Source: Candidatus Methylomirabilia bacterium
Lineage (GTDB): Bacteria; Methylomirabilota; Methylomirabilia; Rokubacteriales; CSP1-6
NCBI GenBank assembly: GCA_041492755.1
Contig: JBGPXN010000151.1
Coordinates: 1 to 11,414, forward strand
Length of the DNA: 11,414 nt
Direction: 5' to 3'
The notes beneath the pieces were generated by a model. The model had not been told where the DNA came from. It did not search any database and was given only the letters and a program-made list of their open reading frames with translations. Made by a program: the position numbers and the translations under genes. Numbering within the stretch: the stretch's first letter is position 1; each line of letters starts with the position of its first letter. Positions 7,812 to 11,414 of this stretch are shown here, piece by piece.

Positions 7812-8566
7812 GCGGCGGGCGCGTCGGCGTAGAGCGCGTTCGCCACCGCGGGCGTGACGGCCGACGGCGGACCATCGAAGACCACGCGGCCGCGCCGAAA
7901 GCCGATGACACGGCTCGCGTAGGCCAGCGCCGTCTCGAGCTGGTGCTGACTGACCACCAGCGTGAGGCCGCGGTCGACGTTGATCCGTCGCAGGATGTCC
8001 ATGATGCTGCTCGCGAGCCCGGGATCGAGGCTCGCCGTCGGCTCGTCGGCCAGGATCACGTCCGGCTCCTGGGCCAGCGCACGCGCGATGGCCGCGCGTT
8101 GCTGCTCGCCACCCGACAGCGTGTCGGCGCGGCGGCCGGCGAGATGGGCGAGCCCGACCTGCTCCAGACACTCGAGGGCCAGGCGCCGGTCGGGCTCGGG
8201 GAAGCGTCCGAGGAGGCTCGGCAGGGGCGCGACGTAACCGAGGCGGCCGGCCAGGACGTTGTCGAGCACGCTCGCGCGCCGCACGAGATTGAACTGCTGG
8301 AAGACCATCCCGATGTGACGGCGGACCACGCGGAGCTCGGCGGCGGCGGCCCCGGTCACCGCGTGACCGGCGATGGTGACGCGGCCCGCGGTGGGCTCGA
8401 CGAGACGATTGAGTGCGCGCAGGAACGTGGTCTTGCCGGCGCCGCTGCGTCCGAGGATGACGACGAATTCGCCGGCGCCGATCTCGAGATCGACACCGTC
8501 GAGCGCCACCGTCGCGGGCGGCAACACCACGCGCAGCCCGGCCACGTCGATCATGCGGTCAGGCAC
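7808..8566 (-). CDS. phnC: Phosphonate-type ABC ATP-binding protein
   Basis: Walker [36 protein letters not shown], Walker [13 protein letters not shown]. Start is GTG 8566 or ATG 8554. Confidence 0.93.
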   Translation of the reverse strand: MPDRMIDVAGLRVVLPPATVALDGVDLEIGAGEFVVILGRSGAGKTTFLRALNRLVEPTAGRVTIAGHAVTGAAAAELRVVRRHIGMVFQQFNLVRRASVLDNVLAGRLGYVAPLPSLLGRFPEPDRRLALECLEQVGLAHLAGRRADTLSGGEQQRAAIARALAQEPDVILADEPTASLDPGLASSIMDILRRINVDRGLTLVVSQHQLETALAYASRVIGFRRGRVVFDGPPSAVTPAVANALYADAPAA

Positions 8567-8574
8567 GGGGGCGC

Positions 8575-9456
8575 TCAGCGGGGCCGGATGCTGAGCAGGT
8601 CGACCGCGGCGCGCACGGGATCGTAGTCACGGTCCTCGGCGGGCTCGAAGCCGTCGATACCGTAAAGACGGTTGAGCAATGCCGCGTGGGCCGGGCCGCG
8701 GATCTGCATCAGCGCCGCGCGCAGGCGGTCACGAACGGCAGGTTCGAGGCCGTCGCGAGAGGCGATGCCCGCCTCGGGGATCTCCGGCGTTTCCGCCACC
8801 CAGACGATGCGCTCCCGCTCGGCGGGGTCCTTGATGTATTGCTCCCGGGCCAGGTCGAACGACGCGATGGCGTCCACGTGCCCGTTCTGCAGCGCGCGCA
8901 TGGCGGCGTCGTGCGAGCCCGCGAAGACGACTTCGCGGAAGAAGGTCTTGGGATCACGATTCTTGACGAGCCCGCGCTGGATCAGCATCACCATCGGATA
9001 GATGTACCCGGAGGAGCTGGCCGGATCCACGAAGGCGATCGTCTTGCCCTTCAACTGATCGAGCGACGTCAGCTTCGATTCCTTGCGCACGAAGAGGCGT
9101 GAGGTGAAGGAGGTCTTCCCGTGCCACTGGTTTCGCACGAGGATCGTTGCTTTCGCCTCGCGGTTGGCCAGCACGTAGCCGGCCGGATGCACGAAGGCGA
9201 GGTCCGCCGTGCGGTTGCGCAGTGCCTCGATGACGGCCGCGTAGTCGGAGGCGACCGTGACCCGCAGGGGCATGCCGGCAAGCTGGCCGAGCACCTTGGC
9301 GAAGTCCTCGCCGGCGGCGAGCAGATCCGTCGGCTTCTGGGACGGCGTGAGCACGAGATGAAGGGGACGCTGGGCCCCGGCCCGTCGCGTCCGGCCGAGG
9401 GCGGCCAGCGTGGCGAGCAACGTGAAGCGACGTCGCGTCAGGGACGTGGTGACCAC
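8575..9456 (-). CDS. phnD: Phosphate/phosphite/phosphonate-binding protein, possible Tat signal
   Basis: SDYAAVIEAL, LKGKTIAFVDPASSSGYIYP, FAGSHDA, DRDYDPVR; N-terminal LTRRRF plus hydrophobic stretch. Preferred start GTG 9456 because the TTG at 9492 is part of a -35 box. Confidence 0.9.
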   Translation of the reverse strand: MVTTSLTRRRFTLLATLAALGRTRRAGAQRPLHLVLTPSQKPTDLLAAGEDFAKVLGQLAGMPLRVTVASDYAAVIEALRNRTADLAFVHPAGYVLANREAKATILVRNQWHGKTSFTSRLFVRKESKLTSLDQLKGKTIAFVDPASSSGYIYPMVMLIQRGLVKNRDPKTFFREVVFAGSHDAAMRALQNGHVDAIASFDLAREQYIKDPAERERIVWVAETPEIPEAGIASRDGLEPAVRDRLRAALMQIRGPAHAALLNRLYGIDGFEPAEDRDYDPVRAAVDLLSIRPR

Positions 9457-9462
9457 AGCGCG

Positions 9463-9492
9463 AGCATAGACGACGCTCGCCGGGGCTGGCAA
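9463..9492 (-). promoter_or_regulatory. Putative sigma70 promoter giving a leaderless phnD transcript
   Basis: TTGCCA (9492-9487), 18 nt, TATGCT (9468-9463), 6 nt, in-frame GTG at 9456; no SD present. Confidence 0.6.
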
Positions 9493-9587
9493 CCGACGTC
9501 GCGTCCGACGGTGTCGTTCGGGCGCGGCCTGTCGTCCAGTTCGCGGTCAACGATCGGGTGGTCAGTCCGGGGTCGGTGGGGGAGCGA

Positions 9588-9770
9588 TCAGAACCGGCGG
9601 CCGAGGCAGATGGGGCACTCGCTACCCGGCCGCTCGAGCAGACAGTGGCCACAGTACCAGCCGGCACCGGCCTCGATGAGCTCGTGCCCACAATCTTCGC
9701 AGCGCTCGCGCTCGAACACAGGCGTTTGGTGGAACATGCAGTGAGCGATCATCTCTATGGTCGACATCAT
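9588..9770 (-). CDS. Small Cys-rich putative metal-binding protein (59-60 aa)
   Basis: MMSTIEMIAHCMFHQTPVFERERCEDCGHELIEAGAGWYCGHCLLERPGSECPICLGRRF: CxxH plus three CxxC. AAGAGGA directly upstream (start 9770 or 9767). Fills an otherwise empty gap. Confidence 0.7.
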   Translation of the reverse strand: MMSTIEMIAHCMFHQTPVFERERCEDCGHELIEAGAGWYCGHCLLERPGSECPICLGRRF

Positions 9771-9865
9771 CTGTCCTCTTGAGCCGGATATCGGCTCGAA
9801 GAGCCGTGACCTTGAACCGGGTCGGTGGGAGGCCGGCCGTTCGGCTGGCCCCGGTCTTTTCCAAG

Positions 9866-9874
9866 TGCTACGAT
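9866..9874 (+). promoter_or_regulatory. Putative extended -10 promoter
   Basis: TG-c-TACGAT, 35 nt upstream of ATG 9910, which has SD GGAGGAG. Confidence 0.5.
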
Positions 9875-9909
9875 CCCGGCACGTCCCACGGTTTCGGGAG
9901 GAGAACGAC

Positions 9910-10104
9910 ATGGAAAAGCACGGGTTGCGGGTCATGGACAGCGACTTGCCCACGATGGAGCCGGACGACCTGTGGACCCGATACCTCGACGAGCCGCTCC
10001 GGAAGTTTGCCCCGCGCTTCGTGCGCTCCTCGGAAGGCTCGCCCGACTGCGCGCGCCTCTATCCGCGCGCGATGCCGGCCGGCCAGCGGGCGGCTGGCCG
10101 CTGA
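9910..10104 (+). pseudogene. Truncated N-terminus of an amidohydrolase_2-family protein
   Basis: MEKHGLRVMDSDLPTMEPDDLWTRYLDEPLRKFAPR resembles the recalled family start (vxDsDxHxxEPxdlWxryl...aP). Metal-ligand His reads Pro (CCC, one base from CAC), and the frame stops at 64 aa instead of several hundred. Confidence 0.75.
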
Positions 10105-10114
10105 GGGCGGCGCG

Positions 10115-10840
10115 ATGCCGCTCAGCGCCGCCGAGTACACGACCTCGCTGCTGGACGAAGCGCGCGCCACGCACCCGTGGCTGCATCACCCGCTGTTCCA
10201 GCTCATCTGGGACGGCACGCTCGGTCGCGCGCAGGTCCAGCAGGTGATCCGCCAGCAGGGCTGCTTCTTCCTGGACACGCTCCGTCACGCTGCGTGGAAG
10301 ATCATCTCGGTCGGCGGCTACACGCCGACGTACGCGGATCTGGAGCGGCAGCGCTCGCTGATTCCGCTCGTGGTGGAGGAGGGCGGGGAGGACACCGTCG
10401 GCGGGAAGAATACCGCCCACGCGTTCCTGTTCGTGCGGCTCGCGGAGGCGCTGGGCATCAGCCGCGACGAAGTGTTCAACACGGAGTACCTGCCGACCAC
10501 GATCATCGAGAAGAACGAGCTGTTCACCCTGCAGCGGTCGTCGACCCTGGAGGCGCTCTGCGGCGGGAACATCGCGACCGAATCCATCAATCCCATCCAC
10601 GTGGGCAAGATGGCGGCGGCGATGGAGAAGCACTACGGTGTGTCGGGCGAACCGCTCGACTTCTACCACGTCCACGCCGAGGTCGAGGGAGACCACGCCG
10701 AGCGCGCCGTGCGCATCATCTCGCAGCTCGCGGTGACCGACGCCGACCAGGCGCGCGGCCGGCTGGCCATGCGCCGCGCCATCACCGCGCGAAGGATCTG
10801 CGCGGACGGGATGCTGGAGGCCTTCGTCAGGGGGAGATGA
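10115..10840 (+). CDS. Heme-oxygenase-like diiron redox enzyme (CADD/PqqC/TenA fold, 241 aa)
   Basis: Start moved to ATG 10115 (GAGG upstream). HPLF..IWDGTL, EEGG...AH, LAEALGIS, ATES, FYHVHAEVEGDH provide an E/H/E/H/E/H ligand set. Confidence 0.85.
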   Translation: MPLSAAEYTTSLLDEARATHPWLHHPLFQLIWDGTLGRAQVQQVIRQQGCFFLDTLRHAAWKIISVGGYTPTYADLERQRSLIPLVVEEGGEDTVGGKNTAHAFLFVRLAEALGISRDEVFNTEYLPTTIIEKNELFTLQRSSTLEALCGGNIATESINPIHVGKMAAAMEKHYGVSGEPLDFYHVHAEVEGDHAERAVRIISQLAVTDADQARGRLAMRRAITARRICADGMLEAFVRGR

Positions 10841-11162
10841 TGACGCGCTCTTCGGTCGTAAAGCTCTTGATCCGCCCGATGAACGTGGCGCCGTCGGCGT
10901 AGAGCGCCTTGCCCTCCGGCGAGGCGAGCGCGCGCGCCATCGTCTCCCGGTCGTCGTACCAGAGCTCGGCGATCCCGTCGATGGCGACGTCCAGCTCCGG
11001 AACGTCCGGCCGCTTCCGCTCCCCGGTGATCAGCGACAGCACGTAGCGGCGCACGCCCGGCACCGTCCGCGCCATCGGCGCGTGCACCTCCACCCAGTGC
11101 TGCACGAACTGCTCGTGGGTCAGGTGCGGCTTGCGGACGAGCAGCGACAGGCTCTTGATCAT
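10827..11162 (-). CDS. EthD-family dimeric alpha/beta-barrel protein (111 aa)
   Basis: RKPHLTHEQFVQHWVEVHAP, PGVRRY, DGIAELWYD, ADGATF; SD AAGGAG 7 nt upstream. 3' end overlaps the diiron enzyme gene by 14 bp. Confidence 0.9.
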   Translation of the reverse strand: MIKSLSLLVRKPHLTHEQFVQHWVEVHAPMARTVPGVRRYVLSLITGERKRPDVPELDVAIDGIAELWYDDRETMARALASPEGKALYADGATFIGRIKSFTTEERVIISP

Positions 11163-11236
11163 GGGGATGCTCCTTCGTGCCGAGATGCGGCCAGCGACCG
11201 CCGCACATCGGCGCCGCTCAGAGGGTGTGAGGGAAT

Positions 11237-11414
11237 TCGAGGCGCGCCCCGGCGGAGCCGTGGCGCTCCGAGCGGTGGGGATGTCGAGGCGCGCCCCCGG
11301 GTTGCCCGGGGGCGGACCCGCCGAGGGGGTTTCGAGGCGGGCCCCCGGGGTTACCGGGGGCCGCCCCGCGCAGGGGGGGGGGGTTTGGGGGCCAAAAAGG
11401 GGCCCCCCACAAAA
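11237..11414. repeat. Tandem array of three ~47-48 bp palindromic units plus a terminal G-run/C-run hairpin
   Basis: TCGAGGCG(C/G)GCCCC begins at 11237, 11284 and 11332; each unit has an internal hairpin; GGGGGCC/GGCCCCC at 11387-11407. Confidence 0.7.

Noticed and set aside
7812..8171. N-terminal extension of PhnE
   Set aside because: Overlaps phnC in another frame and is Arg/Pro/Gly-rich noise; the ATGA-coupled start at 7811 is better.
9643..9660. WYCGHC as a thioredoxin/PDI active site
   Set aside because: Protein is too short for a thioredoxin fold and has three other ligand pairs; metal binding is more likely.
9779..10114. 112-aa extension of the diiron enzyme, or a fusion with the amidohydrolase remnant
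   Set aside because: The extension is not protein-like, and the remnant is in another frame with its own stop; no slippery site seen.
11237..11414. CRISPR array, G-quadruplex, or the 64-aa ORF 11218-11412
   Set aside because: No unique spacers or cas genes; G-runs may be sequencing artefacts; the ORF is just translated repeat.

Overview
GC-rich (roughly 70% by eye) bacterial window with an accessory metabolic and transport character. The gene types (orphan family-5 solute-binding protein, several amidohydrolases, a COG2984-type binding-protein remnant, GC hairpin repeats) are reminiscent of Candidatus Rokubacteria/Methylomirabilota; this is inference only. Left to right: (-) amidohydrolase > alpha/beta hydrolase > Ldh_2-family oxidoreductase (cut by the window edge, missing from the ORF track); (+) SDR; palindromic intergenic element; (-) family-5 ABC binding protein > second amidohydrolase; (-) stand-alone phnD-phnC-phnE transporter, probably from a leaderless promoter; (-) ~60-aa protein with four Cys/His pairs; (+) truncated amidohydrolase_2 remnant > heme-oxygenase-like (CADD/PqqC/TenA fold) diiron enzyme; (-) EthD-family protein; degenerate hairpin repeat array at the right end. 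Best leads: the diiron enzyme that keeps the metal ligands but lacks CADD's self-substrate residues, the microprotein with switch-like hairpins over its Shine-Dalgarno (SD), the atypical PhnD pocket, and a candidate N-heterocycle catabolic cluster. All family calls come from motif recognition, not database searches.
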